Below are positions 9,573-18,180 of a stretch of DNA of 49,984 bases, piece after piece. A program made the position numbers and the translations under genes. Position 1 is the stretch's first letter. Each line of letters opens with the position of its first letter. The stretch is from Bacteroidales bacterium (GTDB taxonomy: Bacteria > Bacteroidota > Bacteroidia > Bacteroidales > UBA932). The stretch is from contig JAFZEP010000093.1 of NCBI GenBank assembly GCA_017560625.1, positions 1-49,984 on the forward strand, read 5' to 3'. The notes under the pieces are model-generated. The model had not been told where the DNA came from and did not search any database. It saw only the letters and a list, made by a program, of their open reading frames with translations.

Positions 9573-12458
9573 ATGGAGAAAAAGAACGATTATATAGAAA
9601 TCATTGGCGCAAAGGCGCATAACCTCAAGGACGCATCGCTTTCGATTCCGCGCGGAAAGTTTGTCGTGGTGACAGGTCTCAGCGGCAGCGGAAAGTCTTC
9701 ATTGGCCTTCGACACTATATATGCCGAGGGTCAGCGTCGTTATATGGACACGCTTTCCACATATGCCAAGCATTTTATGGGCATTCTGGAAAAGCCTGAG
9801 GTCGAGTCCATCACAGGCCTCAGCCCTATCATTGCCATTGAGCAGAAGACAACGGGCAACAACCCTCGTTCTACAGTGGGTACAATCACAGAGATCTATG
9901 ACTTCCTGCGACTGCTGTATGCCCGCGCTTCTACTGCTTATTCTCCTGAAACAGGCAAGGCCATGGTGCGTTACAATGACTCTCAGATCGTTTCTCTGAT
10001 CATGGAGAACTATGCCGGACGCAAGTGTTATCTGCTTGCTCCGCTTGTGCGTGGCCGTAAGGGTCATTACAAAGAGCTTCTGGAGCAGATGCGCAAGCGC
10101 GGATACACACAGATCCGCATCGACGGTCAGCTTTGCGAACTTAACGACGTAACAGCGCTGGACCGTTACAAGCCGCATTTCATCGAGTTGGTCATCGACC
10201 GCCTCAAGCCTTCGGAAAAGGATGAGAAGCGCATCAAGGATTCTGTGATGTCGGCTCTCAATTTCGGCAAAGGTTCCGTGGCTGTCATGGATATGGAGAC
10301 GGAGGCTGTCAATCATTATTCGAAGCATCTGGTGTGTCCTGACACAGGACTCTCTCTTCCAGAGCCGGCGCCTCACTCATTCTCATTCAACTCTCCTCAA
10401 GGCTATTGTCCTCATTGCAAGGGCCTTGGCATCATAGTAGACGTAAATATCGACACTGTAATTCCTGACCGTTCGGTTTCCATTGCCGACGGAGGCATTG
10501 TGCCTTTGGGAAAGATACGCGAGACAAAGAAATTCGATGTGATCCGCTCGATCGCGAGAAAGTACAACTTCTCGCTGTACGATCCAATCGAAGACTTGCC
10601 TGACGAGGTGGTGTCTCTGATTGTTTTCGGCTCGGATGAATTGTTCAGGGTAGGAGAGGGCGGCTCTTCAGAGATGGTGGCCTTCTCGGGCATCGTCAGT
10701 GACATCCAGGATAAGATTACCTGTCCTGTCTGCGGGGGATCGCGCCTCAATCAGGAAACTACATATTTCAAGATCGACGGCAAGACAATCTCAGAAGTGG
10801 CTGCAATGGAGATCAGCCAGCTTGCAGAGTGGTTTGCCTCTTTGGACGGAAAACTTGGCAACAGAGAAAGCGTCATTGCCCGTGATATCCTGAAGGAACT
10901 CAAAGACAGGACCGCATTCCTGCTGGATGTGGGCCTGGACTATCTGTCGCTTGACCGCGCGACATCGTCCTTGTCAGGCGGTGAGAGCCAGCGAATCAGA
11001 CTGGCGACTCAGATCGGATCAAAACTCGTAAACGTGCTTTATATTCTTGATGAGCCATCCATCGGTCTGCATCAGAGAGACAACAGAAAGCTGATCGCCT
11101 CGCTCAAGAAGCTCCGCGACGAAGGCAATTCTGTGATGGTGGTAGAGCATGATGCGGAAACCATGATGGCTTCAGACTGGCTTGTGGATGTCGGTCCCGG
11201 AGCTGGAGATGCGGGTGGCCGCATCTGCCTATCGGCGCCGGTAGATATGCTGCTTGCCCCTTCACGTCCGTCCGCTGCCCCTACACATCCTTCCGACGCC
11301 CCTTCATGTCAGTCCGCTGCCCCTACACGTCATTGCGAGACTCCGGAGGAGTCGTGGCAATCCCCTGACCATGTGATCATAGGCCCATCAACAACCCTTG
11401 AATATCTCCGTGGAGAGAAGGAAATCGCTGTTCCTGCCGAGCGTAGAGTCGGCAACGGACTCACTCTTGGAGTGCGTGGCGCGCGAGGCAACAACCTTAA
11501 GAATGTTGATGTGGATTTCCCTCTAGGCATGCTTGTGGGCGTGGCCGGTGTCAGCGGAAGCGGTAAGTCTTCGCTCATCAACGAGACCCTCATGCCGGTG
11601 CTGAAGAACCACTTCTACAATGCCAAGCTTCAGCCTCTTCCTTACGATGAGATTGTCGGCATCGGGAACATTGACAAACTTATCGAGATAGACCAGAGTC
11701 CTATCGGCCGCACTCCGCGAAGCAATCCTGCCACATTTACCGGCGTCTTCAACGACATCCGCACCCTTTTTGAGGCTACTCCTGATGCAAAGGTGCGTGG
11801 CTTCAAGGCTGGCCGCTTCTCATTCAATGTGGCCGGTGGACGTTGCGAGGAGTGCAAAGGCGCTGGCATCAAGGTCATCGAGATGAATTTCCTTCCGTCG
11901 GTGAATGTCGTATGCAACGAATGCCGCGGACGCCGTTACAAGAACGACACTCTTGCTGTAAAATATAAGGGAAAGAACATCAATGACGTTTTGGAAATGC
12001 CTATCAGTGAGGCATATGAGTTCTTCGGCAACATCCCGTCCATTGCCCAGAAACTTAAGGCACTGGTGGATGTGGGCCTTGGCTACGTGCAGCTCGGACA
12101 GTCTGCAGTGACCTTGTCCGGCGGCGAGAGCCAGCGCATGAAACTTGCTGCTGAACTGGCAAAGAAGGGCACAGGCAACACCCTCTACATCCTTGACGAG
12201 CCGACTACCGGTCTTCACTTCGACGATATCAAGGTGCTGATGGACGTGCTCCAGCAGCTTGTAGAGCAGGGCAACACCGTGATCGTCATCGAGCACAACC
12301 TGGATGTCCTCAAGTCGGTAGACTACCTGTTCGATATGGGACCGGATGGCGGTAAGGCCGGAGGTATGATCGTTGCTCAGGGCACCCCGGAGCAGCTGGC
12401 TAAGAACCCGGATTCGGTCACTGGTCCGTTCCTTCGCGAGATTTTACCTGAATCTTAA
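9573..12458 (+). CDS. uvrA: Excinuclease ABC subunit A
   Basis: Two ABC cassettes (GLSGSGKSS, GVSGSGKSS, LSGGESQR twice), YAEGQRRY, FSFNSPQGYCPHC and FSFNVAGGRCEEC zinc motifs. Confidence 0.98.
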   Translation: MEKKNDYIEIIGAKAHNLKDASLSIPRGKFVVVTGLSGSGKSSLAFDTIYAEGQRRYMDTLSTYAKHFMGILEKPEVESITGLSPIIAIEQKTTGNNPRSTVGTITEIYDFLRLLYARASTAYSPETGKAMVRYNDSQIVSLIMENYAGRKCYLLAPLVRGRKGHYKELLEQMRKRGYTQIRIDGQLCELNDVTALDRYKPHFIELVIDRLKPSEKDEKRIKDSVMSALNFGKGSVAVMDMETEAVNHYSKHLVCPDTGLSLPEPAPHSFSFNSPQGYCPHCKGLGIIVDVNIDTVIPDRSVSIADGGIVPLGKIRETKKFDVIRSIARKYNFSLYDPIEDLPDEVVSLIVFGSDELFRVGEGGSSEMVAFSGIVSDIQDKITCPVCGGSRLNQETTYFKIDGKTISEVAAMEISQLAEWFASLDGKLGNRESVIARDILKELKDRTAFLLDVGLDYLSLDRATSSLSGGESQRIRLATQIGSKLVNVLYILDEPSIGLHQRDNRKLIASLKKLRDEGNSVMVVEHDAETMMASDWLVDVGPGAGDAGGRICLSAPVDMLLAPSRPSAAPTHPSDAPSCQSAAPTRHCETPEESWQSPDHVIIGPSTTLEYLRGEKEIAVPAERRVGNGLTLGVRGARGNNLKNVDVDFPLGMLVGVAGVSGSGKSSLINETLMPVLKNHFYNAKLQPLPYDEIVGIGNIDKLIEIDQSPIGRTPRSNPATFTGVFNDIRTLFEATPDAKVRGFKAGRFSFNVAGGRCEECKGAGIKVIEMNFLPSVNVVCNECRGRRYKNDTLAVKYKGKNINDVLEMPISEAYEFFGNIPSIAQKLKALVDVGLGYVQLGQSAVTLSGGESQRMKLAAELAKKGTGNTLYILDEPTTGLHFDDIKVLMDVLQQLVEQGNTVIVIEHNLDVLKSVDYLFDMGPDGGKAGGMIVAQGTPEQLAKNPDSVTGPFLREILPES
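11256..11363 (+). repeat. Four 21-bp degenerate tandem repeats running into a REP-like palindrome, in frame inside uvrA
   Basis: Units start at 11256, 11277, 11298 and 11319 (gccccttcacgtccgtccgct / gcccctacacatccttccgac / gccccttcatgtcagtccgct / gcccctacacgtcattgcgag); palindrome attgcga-gactcc-gga-ggagtc-gtggcaat. Confidence 0.88.
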
Positions 12459-12486
12459 ATTATTGTCATTCAGTGAATTACGAATT

Positions 12487-12517
12487 ATGCTTGCTGCGTG
12501 GGTGCGGCAAGCATTTT
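12487..12517 (+). terminator. Intrinsic terminator after uvrA
   Basis: atgcttgctgc-gtgggt-gcggcaagcat-ttt. Confidence 0.7.
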
Positions 12518-12555
12518 GAGGAAGTGATTGAAAATCAAAATATTATAGTTTTGCT

Positions 12556-14241
12556 ATGGAGAACGTAAAAGTTTATTGCGAGAATACTCAAGCGTATGAG
12601 TCAGTTGCGATGGGTACGACGCTGAAGGATCTATGTCAGAAGGTCGGATGTGACCATGTTCTGGCAGCACTTGTGGATAATAAACTGAAGTCCCTCGACT
12701 ACAAGGTGATAAATCCTCATAACGTGCGCTTCATCGGCTATGAACATCCGGACGGACGTCGCACGTATATAAGGTCTCTTTGCTTTGTGCTGCAGAAGGT
12801 TGTCCGTGAGATGTTCCCTGACAAGGTTCTTGTGATCGATTATTCCCTTCCTAGCGGTCTGTATTGTGAAATCCGAGAGTTGAGGCCTCTTGATGATGGC
12901 CGTCCGAATGTGCATTTCGTTACGGATGATGAGATTGAGGCGATAGAGGCTGCCATGAGGAACGTCATTGCTGCGGACCTTCCGTTTACAAAGACAATGA
13001 TGAGCCTCGATGACTGCTGCAGGATCTTCGCGGCTCAGCATCAGAGCGAGAAGGTGCATCTTCTCCGCACTATCGGCAGGTTCAACTATAATGTGTATGA
13101 ACTTGACGGTTGCCTTGACACTTTCCATGGTCCGATGATTCCGTCTACAGGTCTGTTGACTACATTTGACCTTGCAGCCTTCAACGAAGGCTTCTGTCTC
13201 CAGTATCCTATGGAAGGCGACACCGGCAGGGTTCTTCCTATGAAGCGTCAGTCAAAACTCGCAACTGTCCTGAAGGAGCGTTCCGACTGGTGCTCGATCA
13301 TGAATGTCCGTGGCGTCGGCTCTCTGAACGATATGGTGCTTTCCGGAAAGATCGTCGATCTGATCAATCTTTCTGAGGCTCTCCATGAGAGAAAATATGC
13401 TGAAATAGCCAACCAGATATATGCGCGTCGCGGCAGTGTGAAGATCGTCTTCATTGCCGGTCCTTCGAGCAGTGGAAAGACGTCGACTTCGAAGAGGCTT
13501 GCTCTTCAGTGTCGCATCCTCGGCCTGAATCCGCGTGTGATTGAGCTGGACAACTATTTTGTGGAGAGGGATAAGACTCCTAAAGATGAGAATGGAGAGT
13601 ATGACTTCGAGGCGCTCGGCGCAATGGATCTTGACCTTCTGGGCCGTCAGCTCAATGATCTGCTTGAGGGCAAGACAGTGGAGATTCCGCGCTTCGATTT
13701 CAAGGAAGGCCGCAAATATTTCGAGGGTAACTTCATGGAGCTTCACGACAAGGACATTCTCATCATGGAGGGCATCCATGCGTTGAATCCGGCAATGATC
13801 CCTGGCGTGGATCCGTCAAAAGTCTTCCGAGTCTATGCTTCGGCTCTGACCTCGCTTTCAGTAGACGAGAACAACAACATATCCACTTCAGACAACCGCA
13901 TGCTTCGCCGAATGGTCCGCGACAACCGCACTAGAGGCATTGTTCCAGAGGATACCATCATGCGTTGGCAGAGCGTACGCCGCGGAGAGAACCGCAACAT
14001 ATTCCCGTTCCAGGAGAATGCGGATGCCTTGTTCAATTCTGCCCACATCTTTGAGCTTCCGGTACTGAAATACTATGCTGAACCGCTCCTGCGCCGTATC
14101 CCTCCGACATCGCCGGCTTACGCAGAGGCATCCCGCATGCTCAAGTTCCTTGACTACATCGTGGCGCTTTCCCCAGCAGAAATAGCAGCCATCCCTCCTA
14201 CATCCATCCTCCGCGAGTTCATCGCCGGACAGACGTTGTAG
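12556..14241 (+). CDS. Nucleoside (uridine) kinase with an N-terminal TGS/ThrRS-like domain
   Basis: N-terminal ThrRS-like segment (GRRTYIRSLCFVL), P-loop IAGPSSSGKTS, MEGIHALN, RRMVRDNRTRG and IFPFQENAD. Confidence 0.85.
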   Translation: MENVKVYCENTQAYESVAMGTTLKDLCQKVGCDHVLAALVDNKLKSLDYKVINPHNVRFIGYEHPDGRRTYIRSLCFVLQKVVREMFPDKVLVIDYSLPSGLYCEIRELRPLDDGRPNVHFVTDDEIEAIEAAMRNVIAADLPFTKTMMSLDDCCRIFAAQHQSEKVHLLRTIGRFNYNVYELDGCLDTFHGPMIPSTGLLTTFDLAAFNEGFCLQYPMEGDTGRVLPMKRQSKLATVLKERSDWCSIMNVRGVGSLNDMVLSGKIVDLINLSEALHERKYAEIANQIYARRGSVKIVFIAGPSSSGKTSTSKRLALQCRILGLNPRVIELDNYFVERDKTPKDENGEYDFEALGAMDLDLLGRQLNDLLEGKTVEIPRFDFKEGRKYFEGNFMELHDKDILIMEGIHALNPAMIPGVDPSKVFRVYASALTSLSVDENNNISTSDNRMLRRMVRDNRTRGIVPEDTIMRWQSVRRGENRNIFPFQENADALFNSAHIFELPVLKYYAEPLLRRIPPTSPAYAEASRMLKFLDYIVALSPAEIAAIPPTSILREFIAGQTL

Positions 14242-14258
14242 GATTAAGCATCTCGTTT

Positions 14259-14380
14259 AATCAGAACACCTTGGTCGTTTTATGTCGAAAAAATGACCGA
14301 GGTGTCCTGATTTCTGTTCAAAATGTGTGGTTTTAATGACACCTTGGCCGTTTCTATGGCAAAAAGTGACCGAGCTGTCA
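14259..14380. repeat. Two degenerate copies of a REP-like hairpin
   Basis: acaccttggtcgtttt...aaaatgaccgaggtgt (within 14259-14312) and gacaccttggccgttt...aagtgaccgagctgtc (within 14337-14380). Confidence 0.75.
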
Positions 14381-14399
14381 GCAGATTCAGTGCTGAAAT

Positions 14400-14512
14400 T
14401 AAAGAATGACGGCCTCTTGATTCACATCGAGGGGCCGCCGTGCAATTCTAACCTAAAACTTAACCTATGAAAAAACTATTCGGCTCAGGATATTTCAAAT
14501 CCTGTGCCGAAC
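14400..14512 (-). ncRNA. Candidate small RNA (hairpin, U-rich linker, hairpin)
   Basis: Hairpin 14479-14511, U-rich linker on the minus strand, GC-rich hairpin 14408-14439 followed by attcttt on the minus strand; strand uncertain. Confidence 0.35.
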
Positions 14513-14530
14513 AGATTAAAACAAATTGCC

Positions 14531-14613
14531 AAAAGCACAAAAAGGCCTGTTTCCGTGCTTTTGAACGTGAAATTTCACTTCAAAAGAACAAATAAGGGCC
14601 TTTTTGTGCTTTT
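14531..14613. repeat. 83-bp imperfect palindrome with 17-bp perfect terminal arms
   Basis: aaaagcacaaaaaggcc ... ggcctttttgtgctttt; inner cttttgaa-cgtgaaatttcac-ttcaaaag. Confidence 0.85.
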
Positions 14614-14642
14614 AATATGAAAGTGTAAGTGAGTTCTGACGT

Positions 14643-15344
14643 TTATCCTTCAAACGGCTCGTTGAACGGCATGAGGAATGGGTTGGTTGTGCGTTCTGTG
14701 GCTATGTCGGTGCATGGACCGTGGCCTGGAACGACTTTCACCGGACCTTCAAGCGTCATGAGTTTTTCAAAAATGCTCTTCATCAGAAGGTTGTAGTCGC
14801 CGCCCGGATGGTCGGTGCGGCCGATTGCGCCGGCAAAGAGTGTGTCTCCGCTGAAGACAACCTGCTCGGAAGGTTCGTAGAAGCAGAGGCCGCCGCGTGT
14901 GTGGCCTGGAGTCTCAAGCACATTGAAGCGCAAGCTGCCGACCTCTATCACTTCTCCCTCAGACACCTGCTTGAACCTGCTCGGAAGTGATGCCTCCGAG
15001 ATGCTCTTTATCATAGGGAAGGTCTCCGGAACCGGAAGACCGTAGCACTTGCACACCTGCGGATTTGTAGTTTCCAGTGTGGACAATTCGTCTGCATGCG
15101 CATAGACCGGGATGCCGTATTCCTTTGCGAGGGCAGACATGCCGTATATGTGGTCGAAATGCGCATGGGTAAGCATGATGCACACCGGCTGAAGGAAGCG
15201 TTTTGAAACGAATGATACGAGCTCCAGCATCTCCTGTGGAGATGAGCAGCCTGGGTCAATGAATGCGCAGTAATTATCGTCGTCCCACACTACGCTGCAG
15301 CGTGTCTGGAAGGCATTAAAGGTGAAGTGCTCTATGTATATCAT
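14643..15344 (-). CDS. MBL-fold metallo-hydrolase (glyoxalase II/YcbL-like)
   Basis: THAHFDH, TPGHT, SGDTLFAGAIGRTD and PGHG motifs; start placed at ATG 15344. Confidence 0.92.
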   Translation of the reverse strand: MIYIEHFTFNAFQTRCSVVWDDDNYCAFIDPGCSSPQEMLELVSFVSKRFLQPVCIMLTHAHFDHIYGMSALAKEYGIPVYAHADELSTLETTNPQVCKCYGLPVPETFPMIKSISEASLPSRFKQVSEGEVIEVGSLRFNVLETPGHTRGGLCFYEPSEQVVFSGDTLFAGAIGRTDHPGGDYNLLMKSIFEKLMTLEGPVKVVPGHGPCTDIATERTTNPFLMPFNEPFEG

Positions 15345-15367
15345 TGCAAAAAATCGGTTAAAACACA

Positions 15368-15396
15368 CAAATTTACATTAAAAATTCGTATGTTTG
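15368..15396. promoter_or_regulatory. Divergent pair of -7 promoter elements
   Basis: TAAATTTG on the minus strand (15368-15375) and TATGTTTG on the plus strand (15389-15396) between divergent genes. Confidence 0.6.
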
Positions 15397-15434
15397 CTAA
15401 ATTAAATGAGAAGAAACTATAAAATATAAACAAT

Positions 15435-16064
15435 ATGCATATTGCAATCGCAGGTAATATCGGCAGCGGAAAGACAACACTCACCAAGATGCTCGCCGCA
15501 CATTACGGATGGACTCCAAAGTTCGAGTCAGTAGACTACAATCCATATCTGGCAGACTTCTATGAGGATATGGAGAGATGGTCATTCAACCTTCAGGTGT
15601 ATTTCCTCAACAAGCGTTTCAAGGATGTCGTAGACATTTCGAAGCTTGATGAAGTGATCATCCAGGACCGTACTATCTATGAGGATGCACGCATCTTTGC
15701 GCCTAATCTCCACGGCATGGGCCTCATGTCTACAAGAGATTTCGAAAACTACTCAGACCTTTTCGACCTCATGATGTCCCTTGTAAATCCGCCTGATCTT
15801 CTTATTTATCTCAAGAGTTCTATTCCTAACCTCGTGAGCCAGATCCAGAAGAGAGGCCGCGAATATGAGAAGAGCATCCGCATCGACTACATCACAGGTC
15901 TCAACGAGCGTTACGAAAACTGGATCAAGGACTACAAGCACAACCTTCTGGTCCTTGACGTAGACCGCATCAAGTTCGAAAACCGCCCTGAGGATTTCCA
16001 GGAGGTGATCGACAAGATCGATGCTGAGCTTTTCGGCCTTTTCCCTAAGAAGGACGAAGAATAA
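15435..16064 (+). CDS. Deoxynucleoside kinase (dNK family)
   Basis: IAGNIGSGKTT, QDRTIYED and IQKRGREYE motifs. Confidence 0.92.
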   Translation: MHIAIAGNIGSGKTTLTKMLAAHYGWTPKFESVDYNPYLADFYEDMERWSFNLQVYFLNKRFKDVVDISKLDEVIIQDRTIYEDARIFAPNLHGMGLMSTRDFENYSDLFDLMMSLVNPPDLLIYLKSSIPNLVSQIQKRGREYEKSIRIDYITGLNERYENWIKDYKHNLLVLDVDRIKFENRPEDFQEVIDKIDAELFGLFPKKDEE

Positions 16065-16116
16065 TGGTTGCGTGCTACTAAACCGAATACTAAACCTAAT
16101 CTAAATACACACAACT

Positions 16117-18024
16117 ATGGCAGAAAGAATTACAATCATTGATTTCGTCGAGAAGTATGTAGCAAAGTTTTCGGAGAATCCGTTCCTTTGGGAGAAGAAC
16201 CTCGATACGAATCAGTGGGAACCTACGACTTATGCGGAGACATTGCGTCAGGCCAAGCGCATCGCTGCCGGACTCATGGCTCTCGGAGTTGAGAAGGGAG
16301 ACAAGATCTCTTACCTCAGCGAAGGCCGCAATATGTGGGTGATCGGAGAATTGGGAGTACTGTTTGCCGGTGCTGTAAACGTGCCGCTTTCAATAAAGCT
16401 TGAAGAAACCAATGACCTTGTGTTCAGAGTGAAGCATTCTGACTCAAAGTATGTGATCGCCTCGAAGTTCCAGCTTCCTAAAATCAGAAAGATCCTTCCT
16501 GAATGTCCTATGGTCGAGAAAGTCATCGTTTTCGACGAGGTTGCAAACATGCAGGAAAATGAAATGTATATCGGTCAGATCATAGAGATGGGAGACAAGT
16601 TCCTTGCAGAGAACGAGGAAAAGCTTGTCGAGAGATACCGCTCTATCGGACCGGACGACTATGCAAACATCAGCTACACTTCCGGAACGACAGCTGACCC
16701 TAAGGGAATCCTTCTCACACACAGAAACTACACTGCGAATGTAGAGCAGGCACATTCTGTCATCGGAGTAGATGAGGGCGACAAGATGCTCATCATCCTC
16801 CCGCTTGACCACTGTTTTGCCCATGTGGCCGGATTCTACACAATGATGTCTTATGGTGCATCCATCGGTACCGTTCCGTCAGGAAAGTCAGGCAAGGAGG
16901 CCCTCAGAAACATCCCGACCAGCATCAAGGAGTTCCAGCCGCACGTGATGCTTTCTGTTCCGACTCTTGCAAAGAGCTTCAAGAAGAACATCGAGACAAC
17001 AATCAAGAAGAGCGGAAAGACAGTCGAGAAACTGTATAACTTTGCTCTCAATAATGCCATCAAGTACAATAAGGAAGGCTACAACAAGGGTGGTTTCTGC
17101 AACTGGTGGAGAAAGCCTTTGATGCTCCTTTTCGATAAGATCATCTTCAAGAAGGTGCGTCAGGGTCTGGGCGGCAACATGAAGTTCTTCGTCGGCGGAG
17201 GTGCTCTTCTTGACATCGATCTTCAGAGATACTACTATGCAATCGGAATTCCGATGTACCAGGGATACGGCCTTTCGGAGGCAACTCCTATCATCTCTGC
17301 AAACTCTCCGGCAAAACATATCTTCGGTTCGTCAGGTAAGGTCGTTTCTCCGATGGAGATCAAGATCCTTGACGCTGACGGCATAGAGCAGCCGTTCGGC
17401 TCAAAGGGTGAGATCTGCATCAAGGGTGAAAATGTGATGGCCGGTTACTGGAAGAACCCTAAGTCTACAGCTGACACAATTGTAGACGGATGGCTCCACA
17501 CAGGTGACATGGGTTACATGCGTGATGCAGAGATGCTCTACGTGGTAGGCCGCTTCAAGTCACTCCTTATCGCAGCTGACGGTGAGAAATATTCTCCAGA
17601 GGGAATCGAGGAAAATCTCGTGGAAAGCTCTAAGTTCATCGACGGTGCTATCCTCCACAACAGCCAGGATCCTTACACAATCGCCCTCATCACTCCAAAC
17701 AAGGAGGCTTTGAAGGCTTATGCCAAGGAACTCGGTCTTGATCCGGCAACTAAGGAGGCGAAGGTGAAGATGCTCGAGAAGCTTCAGGACGAGGTGAACA
17801 TGTACCGCAAGGGCGGACGCATGTTCGGTGCATTCCCTGAAAGATGGCTGCCAGCTGCAGTCTGCGTTCTTCCTGAGCCTTGGACTGAGCAGAACCACTT
17901 CCTCAACAGTTCGATGAAGGTCGTGCGCGGAAGGGTAGAGGAGGCTTACAAGGCAAATATGGAATTCGCCTACACCCCTGAGGGTAAGAACATTGTAAAC
18001 GAAATGAATATGGCTTCTCTTTAA
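16117..18024 (+). CDS. Long-chain fatty-acid-CoA ligase (AMP-binding)
   Basis: YTSGTTADPKG, QGYGLSEA and GWLHTGDMG motifs. Confidence 0.9.
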   Translation: MAERITIIDFVEKYVAKFSENPFLWEKNLDTNQWEPTTYAETLRQAKRIAAGLMALGVEKGDKISYLSEGRNMWVIGELGVLFAGAVNVPLSIKLEETNDLVFRVKHSDSKYVIASKFQLPKIRKILPECPMVEKVIVFDEVANMQENEMYIGQIIEMGDKFLAENEEKLVERYRSIGPDDYANISYTSGTTADPKGILLTHRNYTANVEQAHSVIGVDEGDKMLIILPLDHCFAHVAGFYTMMSYGASIGTVPSGKSGKEALRNIPTSIKEFQPHVMLSVPTLAKSFKKNIETTIKKSGKTVEKLYNFALNNAIKYNKEGYNKGGFCNWWRKPLMLLFDKIIFKKVRQGLGGNMKFFVGGGALLDIDLQRYYYAIGIPMYQGYGLSEATPIISANSPAKHIFGSSGKVVSPMEIKILDADGIEQPFGSKGEICIKGENVMAGYWKNPKSTADTIVDGWLHTGDMGYMRDAEMLYVVGRFKSLLIAADGEKYSPEGIEENLVESSKFIDGAILHNSQDPYTIALITPNKEALKAYAKELGLDPATKEAKVKMLEKLQDEVNMYRKGGRMFGAFPERWLPAAVCVLPEPWTEQNHFLNSSMKVVRGRVEEAYKANMEFAYTPEGKNIVNEMNMASL

Positions 18025-18067
18025 CATCTGTTTTAGAGGCCGGGTCCAGGTCGGACCATGAAACATA

Positions 18068-18100
18068 GGGAGCACGGATTGTCCGTGCTCCTTATTTATT
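18068..18100 (+). terminator. Intrinsic terminator
   Basis: ggagcacgga-ttg-tccgtgctcc-ttatttatt. Confidence 0.8.
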
Positions 18101-18180
18101 GTCAAAAGGTAGAAATAATTTGTCTAAAATAGCACAAGGAGGGGGAATGTTGTATATTTGAACGTTTATGGCATTCAAAA

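Noticed and set aside
12556-14241. Threonyl-tRNA synthetase
   Set aside because: Only the N-terminal TGS/editing-like region is similar; the C-terminus is a P-loop uridine-kinase domain, a known fusion.
14643-15344. Metallo-beta-lactamase resistance gene
   Set aside because: No signal peptide, and the HxHxDH plus GRTD pattern matches housekeeping glyoxalase II-like hydrolases.
16075-16116. Short ctaaa repeats before the acyl-CoA ligase
   Set aside because: Low-complexity A-rich initiation region, too short and irregular to call a repeat element.
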